Shown piece by piece: positions 40,313 to 49,270 of a stretch of 64,000 nt of DNA. Numbering within the stretch: the stretch's first letter is position 1; every line of letters starts with the position of its first letter. The notes beneath the pieces were generated by a model that did not search any database, was not told the DNA's origin, and saw only the letters and a program-made list of their open reading frames with translations. Position numbers and translations under genes: made by a program. Origin of the DNA: Clostridiaceae bacterium. Lineage in GTDB: Bacteria; Bacillota; Clostridia; Saccharofermentanales; UBA5734. Where the stretch lies: assembly GCA_034927345.1 (NCBI GenBank), contig JAYFQE010000023.1, forward strand, positions 80,393 to 144,392, given 5' to 3'.

Positions 40313-41425
40313 ATGAAAGGATTCTTTCAAGGCAGCGCAGCCATGGTCGGTCAGGCCCGTGCGTTATATGTCCTGATCAGACAAAAAGAAGGCGTTACCC
40401 GCCAATATCTGTCCGAACGTCTGAAAATGCCGGCAACGTCGCTCAATCGGGCTCTGGAACGCCAATTGTCCCTTGGCCTGATCGAAGAATATGATCTGGC
40501 TATTTCATCCGGCGGCCGGCGGCCTGGCCTGTACCGTGTTGCCGGTCAAGCCTACTATCTTCTGGGGCTGGATTTGTCGGGCCCGAAAAAAAACCTGGTT
40601 CTGACCGACTTAACGCTGCAGATTGCCGGCAGGACGATCCTGCCCGACTCCGACGAAACGGCAGCCGCCGACCCGTCTGCTGTCATCTGCGAGCAATGCC
40701 GCCTGCTTCCGGCTTCCTGCCATGTGCCGTTTGACCGGGTTATCGGCCTGGGAATTGTCAGGTCCGGCCAGGCGTCTGCCGCTGCTGCTGAGACCGCTTT
40801 AGCCGGTGTTATCGGCGCCGAACTAAACAAGCCGGTCTTTACGCTGGACGGCAATGACGCCGCGCTCTATGCCGGTTTATGGCAGCAGCGGGCGCAAGCC
40901 GAAAAACCGTATTTCTTTCTCTCAATCGGCGATGATATCCGCTTTGGTCAGGCCTTGCAGGGACAAATGCAGGCCGGCGATCTTTCCGGCCGGTCGATCG
41001 GCCGGCTGCTCGTGCCTTTGTCCGACAAGGCCGGCGGCCATTATCTCGATCAGATTGCCGGTATTCCGGCCCTGTTACGGCATTATCAGCGTATTAAGGA
41101 TGACGGCAATCTGACGTGGGGTGATTTTTGTCAAGCCATCCAAGAGAATAAAAAGAAGGCCGGCCTGGTTCTGTCCGAGGCTGCAGATGCCGTCGGAACG
41201 GCCATTCAGAACATCATGCTGCTGGCCGGCGGCAATACCGGCGACCTGCTGCTGGCCGGCCCGGTCATTGAAGATTTACCGGTTTATGCAGAAACTATCC
41301 GGCAGCATTTTAACCAGACCGGTAAAAAAGCCGGCCTGGAGCTGGATTTCATAACCAATCCTTATGGCGCGGATCTTGCCGTTATCGGCGCTGCCGCATA
41401 CGTTCTGGAACAGCATCTCGCTTAA
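40313..41425 (+). CDS. ROK family transcriptional regulator
   Basis: N-terminal wHTH (RALYVLIRQKEGVTRQYLSERLKMPATSLNRALERQLSLGLIEE) plus ROK sugar-kinase-like domain; ATG 40313 after AGGAGG. Confidence 0.8.
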   Translation: MKGFFQGSAAMVGQARALYVLIRQKEGVTRQYLSERLKMPATSLNRALERQLSLGLIEEYDLAISSGGRRPGLYRVAGQAYYLLGLDLSGPKKNLVLTDLTLQIAGRTILPDSDETAAADPSAVICEQCRLLPASCHVPFDRVIGLGIVRSGQASAAAAETALAGVIGAELNKPVFTLDGNDAALYAGLWQQRAQAEKPYFFLSIGDDIRFGQALQGQMQAGDLSGRSIGRLLVPLSDKAGGHYLDQIAGIPALLRHYQRIKDDGNLTWGDFCQAIQENKKKAGLVLSEAADAVGTAIQNIMLLAGGNTGDLLLAGPVIEDLPVYAETIRQHFNQTGKKAGLELDFITNPYGADLAVIGAAAYVLEQHLA

Positions 41426-41664
41426 TGATGATGGGCGCAGGAACCGCCGCAACAGCAACCCGCGGATGCGGACCCGGCGCTTGACGGGCAAACATCACAA
41501 TCTTTATTATGATAATGTAAAACATTGACCTTGCTGAAAACCGCAGCTAATTGATGCGAACCGCAGGATGGGCATATCAGCCGTCCTGCGGTTCGTTCCG
41601 TTATCGACGCTTTGAGATTGCAGGTTTTACCGCAATCCTCGCAAACCAAATCATAGTAAGGCAT
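41422..41664 (-). CDS. FmdB-family zinc-ribbon protein with Cys/His-rich tail
   Basis: MPYYDLVCEDCGKT...CPSCGSHQL FmdB pattern; C-terminal ...CCCGGSCAHHH; 4-nt overlap with ROK stop (convergent). Confidence 0.6.
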   Translation of the reverse strand: MPYYDLVCEDCGKTCNLKASITERTAGRLICPSCGSHQLAAVFSKVNVLHYHNKDCDVCPSSAGSASAGCCCGGSCAHHH

Positions 41665-41667
41665 AAA

Positions 41668-43122
41668 TTACTCGCTCCCTTCGGGTTTTTCCACCGCAGC
41701 TTCGCCGGCTATCCTGGCTTCCGCCGCCGATGGCCCGCCGATATCGCGGACCATCGATTTTGAGCGCCAGCGGCCGCTAAAATAATAGGGCAGTACAATC
41801 GCCAGGCCAATCAGCCAGCCCAGCGGGAAACTGAAAAACATATTGTCACGGCCGAACCGGTCTGCCAGGAAATAGGCCAGAGGCACCCGGGCCAGCCAGA
41901 GAGAAGCCATGGTGGCGACTAAGGGGATAATCGATTCGCCGGCGCCCCTTAAAGCGCCATTGACGATAAACAAGACCGACAGCAGGATATAGAAAGGCAC
42001 AACCCGGATCAGATAAGCCTCGCCGGCCAGAATGACGTCCGGCTCGTCAGTAAACAGACGCATCAAATAACCGGCTGTCAGCAGAATCAGCGTACAGATT
42101 GCCAGACTGACCACAGTCGACAGGACGAGCGTCGAACGGATACCCTTTTTAACCCGGTCCAGCCGGCCGGCGCCGATATTCTGACCGACATAAGTCATGA
42201 TGGCGGTCGAAAAAGTCAGTAAAGGGAGAAAGGCAAAGGAGTCAATCTTGCTGGCGCCGTTGAAACCGGCCATAAAGGTTGACTGATAGCTGTTGATTAA
42301 GCTTTGCAGAACCATCGTGCCCAAAGAAAAGAACATATTCTGTAATCCGGCCGGCAAACCCAGACGGACGCTGTCCTTCAAGATATTCCAGTCGAAATCC
42401 AGATGGCGCAAATGGATCCGGATATAAGCCTGCCGCCGGTTGATATGATAAATACCGAACAGAAAAGACACCAGTTGGGAGATAATTGTCGCCCAGGCTA
42501 CGCCGGCAACATCCCAGTGCCACAATAAAACAAAGGCCAGATCCAGAATAATATTCAGGACAGTGGCAATAGACAGGTAGATCAATGGTGAACGGCTGTC
42601 CCCCAAGCCCTGCAAAATGCCGCTGTTGATATTGTAGCCAAAGCTGGCCAGCGTACCGATGAAAATAATCTGCATATAAGTCGTCGCCTGACCGATGGTA
42701 TCCGCAGGCGTATTCATCAGCAGAAGCAGCGGGTGGCTCAGCAGGATTCCCAATACCGATAAGGGAACGACGATGACCAGCATGGCCAGATAAATCGTAT
42801 CGATAGCTTTTTTAACGCTTTGCCGGTCGCCGGCGCCATAATATTGGGAGATGATAATGGTTGCTCCCATACCGATGCCCATAAAAAGCGAGTTGATCAA
42901 AAAAATAACGGGAAAAGCCGTCCCGACAGCCGCCAGCGCTGTCTTCCCGACAAAATTGCCGACGACGGCGCTGTCGACAATATTGTAAAGTTGCTGCAGG
43001 ATATTGCCCAGAAGCAGCGGCAGGGCAAATCGTAAAATCAGACGCCATGGCTGACCCTGAGTCATATTCATCAGGTGCGTCTTATCGCTGCCCTTATTTT
43101 GGATGTCTGCAGTTTTAGTCAA
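41668..43122 (-). CDS. MATE family efflux transporter
   Basis: 484 aa, 12 TM, MATE-type repeated halves. Confidence 0.85.
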   Translation of the reverse strand: MTKTADIQNKGSDKTHLMNMTQGQPWRLILRFALPLLLGNILQQLYNIVDSAVVGNFVGKTALAAVGTAFPVIFLINSLFMGIGMGATIIISQYYGAGDRQSVKKAIDTIYLAMLVIVVPLSVLGILLSHPLLLLMNTPADTIGQATTYMQIIFIGTLASFGYNINSGILQGLGDSRSPLIYLSIATVLNIILDLAFVLLWHWDVAGVAWATIISQLVSFLFGIYHINRRQAYIRIHLRHLDFDWNILKDSVRLGLPAGLQNMFFSLGTMVLQSLINSYQSTFMAGFNGASKIDSFAFLPLLTFSTAIMTYVGQNIGAGRLDRVKKGIRSTLVLSTVVSLAICTLILLTAGYLMRLFTDEPDVILAGEAYLIRVVPFYILLSVLFIVNGALRGAGESIIPLVATMASLWLARVPLAYFLADRFGRDNMFFSFPLGWLIGLAIVLPYYFSGRWRSKSMVRDIGGPSAAEARIAGEAAVEKPEGSE

Positions 43123-43183
43123 AACAGCCTCTTCCCTGCCGGCGGCATTTATATTAACAGATGGTAAAATATTGTATCATGTT

Positions 43184-43963
43184 TCAGCTGATGGTAAAAG
43201 AGTCTCCCGGCTTAACCGGTATATGAATCCGGATTTCCGGCATCACGGACTGCATTTTATCGGCAAAATCACGATACAGCGCTTCGAATCCATGCGCATG
43301 CATCGGAAAAATATGCTTTGGCCGCAGGCGTTCCGCCAGATATTCAACACCGTCCAGCAGAGCGGTTTCCTGATAGCCGTCGCTGGTGCTGACCGGTAAA
43401 AAAGCGATATCCAAAGTTCTGCCGGCAGCCGCCAGTTTTGCCGCCAGCCAGTCGGCTTCCCGCCGGAAGTCCGTCCGGTATGCGCTTGTATCGTCCCAGA
43501 CCGCCAGGTCGCCGCCGTGATAATAAACCCTGTCCGGGCCTGCCGCCAGAAAGGACACTCCGCTGTCGGTCGACCGGGACGCCCAAACAGAAAAGGATGC
43601 TGTTTGGATAAAGCCGCGGGGTTCTGCGATTTGGCAATTCGCCAGATTTTTTACTTTGGCGGTCGCCCGGCCTTCCTGACCCACAATCAGGGTTGTCCCG
43701 GGATACCCGGCGGCATCGCGCATCAAATCGATATCGAAATGGTCGGCATGCTGATGGGATGAAAAGATATACAGCGGACGATCCTGATAGGCCGACGGAT
43801 CAAAAACGCCCTGGTTTAACGTACCGGCTGCCGGCCGGAGCGGGAGGCGCCCGTAATCAAACAACAATCGATAACCGGCTGTTTCTGCAAGCCAGGCGCT
43901 GTGTCCGAGATACCAGATCCGGACTTCAGAGGCGGCTTCTTGAGCGATCGCCATGACTATCAC
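43184..43963 (-). CDS. MBL-fold metallo-hydrolase
   Basis: 259 aa with HxHxDH motif (SSHQHADHF). Confidence 0.75.
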   Translation of the reverse strand: MIVMAIAQEAASEVRIWYLGHSAWLAETAGYRLLFDYGRLPLRPAAGTLNQGVFDPSAYQDRPLYIFSSHQHADHFDIDLMRDAAGYPGTTLIVGQEGRATAKVKNLANCQIAEPRGFIQTASFSVWASRSTDSGVSFLAAGPDRVYYHGGDLAVWDDTSAYRTDFRREADWLAAKLAAAGRTLDIAFLPVSTSDGYQETALLDGVEYLAERLRPKHIFPMHAHGFEALYRDFADKMQSVMPEIRIHIPVKPGDSFTIS

Positions 43964-43966
43964 CCC

Positions 43967-44779
43967 CTAAAGATCGTTTACTTCATAATCCCAATGTCCG
44001 GAAGGTGTTTGAAAGGTTCTGGCCTGAATGCCAAAAGCATAGCCGATATGCCCCTCATGCAGAACATCTTCCGGATCCCCTGCGGCTATGAGCCTGCCTT
44101 GACAGATTAACAAAAGCCGGCTGCAATATTTGGCCGCAGCTCTCAAGTCATGCATGACGGCAATCACCAATTTTCCGGCTCCAGCCAATTCGCGGACCAG
44201 CAAGAATACTTGATTGGTATATCGGATATCAAGACTTGCGGTCGGTTCATCCAGCAGCAGAAGCGGCGTATTCTGAGCCAAGGCCCGGGCGAACATGACC
44301 CGCTGCCGTTCGCCGCCGGATAACGCGGTAACACGCTTATCAGCATCAGGCGTACAGCCGGCGGCCTCCATACAACGGTCGACATAAGCCTCGTCATCCG
44401 CCGAATAGGCGGCGATGCTGGAGCTATAGGGATGGCGGCCCATCATAACGACGTCGCGCGCGGGAAAGTCGAACGGGATAACGGTGTCCTGATGCATATA
44501 AGTGCAGAGGCGCGCCAGTTCGCGAGGTTTATATGCTTGAACACACCGTCCGTTGCAGAATACCTGCCCTTCCGTCGGATGAATCAGGCTGCCCAGCTGG
44601 CGAAGCAGCGTCGATTTTCCGGCGCCGTTCGGCCCGACGACACCGATGAATTCGCCATTGGCCGCGGTAAAGGAAATATCTTTCAGGATGGTTACAGGAT
44701 TCTCCCGGCCGACCTGATAAGACAAGTTCCGGCATTCAACTTGAACCGGATTGATATTCAACGATAGCCCTTCAGTCAT
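43967..44779 (-). CDS. iron-siderophore/B12-type ABC transporter ATP-binding protein (FecE/BtuD-like)
   Basis: Walker A GPNGAGKST, LSGGERQRVMFARA, Walker B LLLLDEPTASLD. Confidence 0.85.
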   Translation of the reverse strand: MTEGLSLNINPVQVECRNLSYQVGRENPVTILKDISFTAANGEFIGVVGPNGAGKSTLLRQLGSLIHPTEGQVFCNGRCVQAYKPRELARLCTYMHQDTVIPFDFPARDVVMMGRHPYSSSIAAYSADDEAYVDRCMEAAGCTPDADKRVTALSGGERQRVMFARALAQNTPLLLLDEPTASLDIRYTNQVFLLVRELAGAGKLVIAVMHDLRAAAKYCSRLLLICQGRLIAAGDPEDVLHEGHIGYAFGIQARTFQTPSGHWDYEVNDL

Positions 44780-45897
44780 GTCAACGGCCCTCCCTTGCGT
44801 GCCGAACGAAACAGCAGGTACAGAAAATACGGCGCGCCTACCAAAGCAGTCACCACGCCGACCGAAATCTCAGCTCCGGTCGGCCAGGCGATCAGGCGGG
44901 TGCCCAAATCGCACAGCAGCAGAAAAATCGAACCGCCGAAAGCGCTGGCCACCACCAGCGGCCGATGGGACGGACCAACCAGCATGCGCATAATATGGGG
45001 AATAATTAAACCGACAAACCCGATCGGCCCGGTAAAAGATACAATAGAACCGGTGCAGATCGAAGCGAGCAGAATCATCACAAGGCGTGTTGACATCGGG
45101 GAAACGCCAAGAGACCGGGCTTCTTCATCACCTAAAAGGAGAATGTCCAGGTCCCTGGCTTTAACAATGATGATGATTAAGGTCAAAACAACCGGCAGCA
45201 GCATCGCTTGGACATGTTCCCAGCGCCGGTTGGCCAGGCCGCCCATCGTCCAGAAGATATAGCTGGAAACCTGATATTCATTGGCCATGGTCAAAGCAAG
45301 GGACGTCAAAGCGCCAAACAGGGCGCTGATCGCCATACCGCTCATAACCAGAGTAACCGTCCTGGACTGGCCGCCGCTGGAAAAAGCAATGCCGAGAATC
45401 ATCGCCACGGCCAGCAAAGCGCCGCAAAAAGCAAAAGCCGGCAGCGCGAAAAACGCCGTTGCTCCACCCGCAATGGCCAGTAAAGCGCCCAGGCTGGCTC
45501 CGGCCGACACGCCCAGGATGCCCGGTTCGGCTAAAGGATTGCGAAACAGGCCTTGCATGACTGTACCGGAAACAGCCAGACCGCCGCCGGCCAGAACAGC
45601 GGCAATAACTCTGGGCAAGCGGATTAAGAGAATAATCGTCCGATCAGCCGGATCGACCTCGCCGGCCGGCAGTCCGACGGCCGAAGCCAGCGTGCGAATG
45701 ATCGTCAAGGGACTAACGCTGACCGAACCGAGCGCTACGGCCAGGATAATCGAAGCAGCCAATAAAAGGAACCCAATCGGCACAATGGATAATAAGGGAA
45801 GGTGCGCCGTCCGGCCGCCGGCTGATCGCCGTCCCCTTTTCCCTTGTTTCCCGCTCTGGTCTTCGGCGCAGCCAGCCGATTCCGAATCTGTAATCAT
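44776..45897 (-). CDS. FecCD-family ABC permease
   Basis: 373 aa, ~9-10 TM, FecCD/BtuC family features. Confidence 0.85.
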   Translation of the reverse strand: MITDSESAGCAEDQSGKQGKRGRRSAGGRTAHLPLLSIVPIGFLLLAASIILAVALGSVSVSPLTIIRTLASAVGLPAGEVDPADRTIILLIRLPRVIAAVLAGGGLAVSGTVMQGLFRNPLAEPGILGVSAGASLGALLAIAGGATAFFALPAFAFCGALLAVAMILGIAFSSGGQSRTVTLVMSGMAISALFGALTSLALTMANEYQVSSYIFWTMGGLANRRWEHVQAMLLPVVLTLIIIIVKARDLDILLLGDEEARSLGVSPMSTRLVMILLASICTGSIVSFTGPIGFVGLIIPHIMRMLVGPSHRPLVVASAFGGSIFLLLCDLGTRLIAWPTGAEISVGVVTALVGAPYFLYLLFRSARKGGPLT

Positions 45898-45994
45898 GCT
45901 TCATCCTCTTTTCAAAAAAACCCGGATCCTGTATTCCATTATACAGAATCCGGGCCGAACATCACTCATGAACCTTAATATCTTCAATTCATGG

Positions 45995-47035
45995 TTATTT
46001 CATTAAATCCGGATACGCCAGTTTTGCTAATTCTTCAACCGCTTTAACCATATATTGGGATGTGGAGCCGCGGTATTTTTCCGTTAAAGCCATAACCTTG
46101 CCATTTTGTACGGCCGGCAGGGTTTTCAGCAATTCATCGGCCTGAATGGCTTTGATAACCGTAGCGCCGCCGTCATCAATCGCGGAAAAATCGGCGCCAT
46201 AGGTAATGGCCGGCACAATAAGGATATCCGGTTTCCATTCGCCGACAACTTTTTCTTTACTGACGGCCGAGTAATTGTTTACGCCGGAGACCACATTAAT
46301 CAAACCGGCTGCTTTGGCAATAGCGTCAAAGGGCGATCCGGCGCCATAAGCCGCCAGCATGCCGGCGCTGCTGCCGCTGGCGTCATAATAGTCTTCATAA
46401 TACATGACTTTTTGTTTATCAGACTCTTTCAGACCGGCCAGCTTGTCGGATACAGATTTCAAGGCGGTGTCGATAGCGGCAGTCATTTCGGCGCCTTTTT
46501 CCGGTTCGCCGACCGCGGCGGCCAGGATTGTAATAACATTCTTAATCTGGTCAAAATCGGTGGGCGAGGCTAATTGAAGGACTGTGATCCCCGCCTCCTG
46601 TAAAGTTTTAGTCAGTGAGCCGTCGGCATCGGTAAAAGTATCGATGATAACCAGATCCGGTTTCATGGCGACCATGTCTTCCGGTTTTTTGGTATCGGCG
46701 CGATTGACGATTGTTTTCGCTTTTTCGGCGGTCGCGGAAATGACCGGATCATCGCCCCAGGCCGACAGTGCCTTGATCCGATCGCCGGGAAGCAGGTCCA
46801 GCAGGATCTCGCCGGCCCAGACATTGGTTGCGATAATCGCCTGCGGCTTTGTTGATATGACAACATCCGCACCGGCCGCATTCTTGATCGTTACCGGAAA
46901 CGAAGCGGCAGGGGTACTGGTTCCGGCCGTTGTTCCGGCTGCCGTTCCGGTATTTTGACAGGCTGATGCCAGAGATAAAGCCAGCAGAATCGTCAGCAGC
47001 AAAGCTATCGTTCGTTGAAACTGCACCTTTTTCAT
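45995..47035 (-). CDS. class III (FecB/BtuF-like) ABC substrate-binding lipoprotein
   Basis: MKKVQFQRTIALLLTILLALSLASAC lipobox; Ala/Thr/Gly-rich linker then periplasmic-binding-protein fold. Confidence 0.8.
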   Translation of the reverse strand: MKKVQFQRTIALLLTILLALSLASACQNTGTAAGTTAGTSTPAASFPVTIKNAAGADVVISTKPQAIIATNVWAGEILLDLLPGDRIKALSAWGDDPVISATAEKAKTIVNRADTKKPEDMVAMKPDLVIIDTFTDADGSLTKTLQEAGITVLQLASPTDFDQIKNVITILAAAVGEPEKGAEMTAAIDTALKSVSDKLAGLKESDKQKVMYYEDYYDASGSSAGMLAAYGAGSPFDAIAKAAGLINVVSGVNNYSAVSKEKVVGEWKPDILIVPAITYGADFSAIDDGGATVIKAIQADELLKTLPAVQNGKVMALTEKYRGSTSQYMVKAVEELAKLAYPDLMK

Positions 47036-47288
47036 AAAAACCTCCGATTGTTCATTGGAAAATGGAAATACTGCTTTCAGTCTAGAGAGCCGGCCCTGAC
47101 GAATCAATCAAACTCTTTGTTCTTTTTTGTAATATTTTGGGTTTCCGAAAATACCCGGCAGCCTGGCAGCAATATTGTCCGGCCGGTTGAATGAATATAG
47201 TCTGGCTGAGAGCTGTCATTCGCGTTACAATAGAAGCGGGCAGATAGCATGCGATCTCCATGATGCGTGCTTGCCGGAGGAGGTTTAC

Positions 47289-48113
47289 ATGGGTCAACTT
47301 TACGCCTGGACCGATCAAGCGCTTTATTTGCTGACTCTGGTACTTGGTCTGGTGGTCTGTTTTTGGGGGTATCGTCTGTTCCGGTTCTGGCTGATTCTTG
47401 CCGGCCTGCAAACCGGATTTTTCTTCGGGTTCTGGCTCGGCGACCGTTATCTGGATAATACGGTCCTTGTCCTGGTTATCGCCGGTTTATGTGCTGTTTT
47501 GATTGCCGCCCTTGCCTATACCTTATTGAAACTGGGCGCTTTTATTTGCGGCGCCGCCGTCTGCGCCTTGCTTGCCGCGCTGGTCATGCAGCTTTTTCTT
47601 CCCGCGCCTTATTGGCCTGTTCTGGCCGGCGCGGCTCTGATCGGCGGATTGCTGGGCCTGTTCTCCGTTAAACCGTTTTTGATTTTAGCAACGGCGGTCA
47701 ATGGCGCTTACCTGGTAGCCGACGGCGTCTTCAATCTGCTGGCCGGATACCCGATCGGCAGTTATCTGGCAACACACGAAGAGATCCGCACGGAGCATTT
47801 AATTCTCCTGCTGGTCGGCATCTTGTTGCTGACTATTCTGGGCGTTCTATTCCAGAGCCGCATGGACAAGCGTAAAAGTGCCAAGATGAAAATCCAGGCT
47901 GATTCGGCCAAAGCCGCGGCGACGCCGGCAATGCCGGCAGCTGCGCCGGAAGCTGCACAGGGTGCCAAGCCGGCGCCTGAACCAGACAATCCGGTCAGCC
48001 AGGAGAACCAGGAAGATAAAAAACGCCGTTTATATGATCCGGATGATCCCGACGATCCGAACAATACCGACGATCCCGACGATCCGGGTCCAAACCGGCC
48101 CAAAGCACTTTAA
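47289..48113 (+). CDS. polytopic membrane protein with acidic Asp-Pro repeat C-terminal tail
   Basis: MGQLYAWTDQALYLLTLVLGLVVCFWGYRLF... 5-6 TM; tail YDPDDPDDPNNTDDPDDPGPNRP from 18-bp near-repeats at 48043..48086. Confidence 0.6.
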   Translation: MGQLYAWTDQALYLLTLVLGLVVCFWGYRLFRFWLILAGLQTGFFFGFWLGDRYLDNTVLVLVIAGLCAVLIAALAYTLLKLGAFICGAAVCALLAALVMQLFLPAPYWPVLAGAALIGGLLGLFSVKPFLILATAVNGAYLVADGVFNLLAGYPIGSYLATHEEIRTEHLILLLVGILLLTILGVLFQSRMDKRKSAKMKIQADSAKAAATPAMPAAAPEAAQGAKPAPEPDNPVSQENQEDKKRRLYDPDDPDDPNNTDDPDDPGPNRPKAL

Positions 48114-48228
48114 TTCTGATCCTGCTGCTGTCCCGCAAAGAAAACGAAAAATCCCTCCCGGCTGCTTTGCAGGCCACTAATCTGCAAATAACGTAACCGG
48201 AAGGGATTCATCCAAGAGGAGGATGAGT

Positions 48229-48351
48229 ATGCGGCGTACACGCCAACGACCTGTTTTTATTATAGAGCAGGCCGGCAAGCCGGTACAAGCCAATAAGTTC
48301 CACAATCTTTCAACAGCGGCAGGGTGTTTATCTCATCGATTAACCGAATGA
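48229..48351 (+). CDS. candidate small protein (40 aa), basic N-terminus
   Basis: GGAGG 6 nt before ATG; MRRTRQRPVFIIEQAGKPVQANKFHNLSTAAGCLSHRLTE; preceded by long imperfect hairpin 48151..48210; below ORF-track length cutoff. Confidence 0.25.
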   Translation: MRRTRQRPVFIIEQAGKPVQANKFHNLSTAAGCLSHRLTE

Positions 48352-48417
48352 TTTTGCTGTGAAAATTCAGGGTTGTGTAGACTGACGGAAGATCTGCCGC
48401 CATAGTGAGGATAATTC

Positions 48418-49179
48418 ATGAACATTGATCATCAGGAGCATGAGCTATATGATCCTGTGCGGCAGTTTTGGCTGGCCGCCGGTTATGATGTGCGCGGAGA
48501 AGTTGTCGATTGCGATGTAGTCGCCATGCGCGGCGAAGATTTGGTTGCGGTCGAAATGAAACTCCGCCTCAATCTGGATGTGATCATCCAGGCTACACAA
48601 AGGCAGCGTCTGTGCCCGGAGGTCTGGATCGCCGTCGCGCGTCCGGATAACCAGTTGCGCAGCCGTCGCTGGCAGCATCTGCTGCATGTTTTGCGCCGTC
48701 TGGAGCTCGGCTTGTTGTTGGTCGATCTGGATCGCCGGCCGAGTCGTGTGGAAGTTGCTTTACTGCCCGAGGCCTTTGACCGTGGACGCAGTCTATCTGG
48801 AAATAAAGCGCGGCGCGAACACCTGCGCCGGGAATTTGCCAACCGCCATGGCGACAGGAACGCCGGCGGCGTTCATCGGACGCCGTTAATGACCGTCTAC
48901 CGGGAACAGGCGCTGCTGATCGCCTCTCTGCTGCAGGACCAGGGATCAGCCGGCGCCGCGGATCTGCGTCAGAAGGGCGCGCCGGATAAGACTTATAGCA
49001 TTTTATACCAGAATCATTATCAGTGGTTCGAAAAACAAGACTATGGCCTCTATCGCCTTTCGGATGCCGGACAGGCCGCATTAAGCCAATATGGCGATCT
49101 AGCGGAACAGCTGCGCGCCGGACTGTCCGACGCGCAAAATGACCGTGATGATAAAAATAAAGCTGATAAAGGCCGATAA
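48418..49179 (+). CDS. hypothetical protein: PD-(D/E)xK nuclease-like N-domain plus winged-helix-like C-domain
   Basis: N-terminal GYDVRGEVVDCDVVAMRGEDLVAVEMKLRL fits D...(D/E)xK pattern; C-terminal helix-rich region; fold assignment is inference. Confidence 0.5.
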   Translation: MNIDHQEHELYDPVRQFWLAAGYDVRGEVVDCDVVAMRGEDLVAVEMKLRLNLDVIIQATQRQRLCPEVWIAVARPDNQLRSRRWQHLLHVLRRLELGLLLVDLDRRPSRVEVALLPEAFDRGRSLSGNKARREHLRREFANRHGDRNAGGVHRTPLMTVYREQALLIASLLQDQGSAGAADLRQKGAPDKTYSILYQNHYQWFEKQDYGLYRLSDAGQAALSQYGDLAEQLRAGLSDAQNDRDDKNKADKGR

Positions 49180-49270
49180 ATCCTCAGAGAAAGACTTTAC
49201 CCTAGCACGCTAATGCTTTACAATATTAACGGGTTAAATTAACACCGATTAATCTGTTGGAGGATAGAAT

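Noticed and set aside
47036-47288. Checked the leader of the FecB/BtuF-like operon for a second cobalamin riboswitch
   Set aside because: No GGUGAAAUCC core or B12-box-like sequence was found on either strand.
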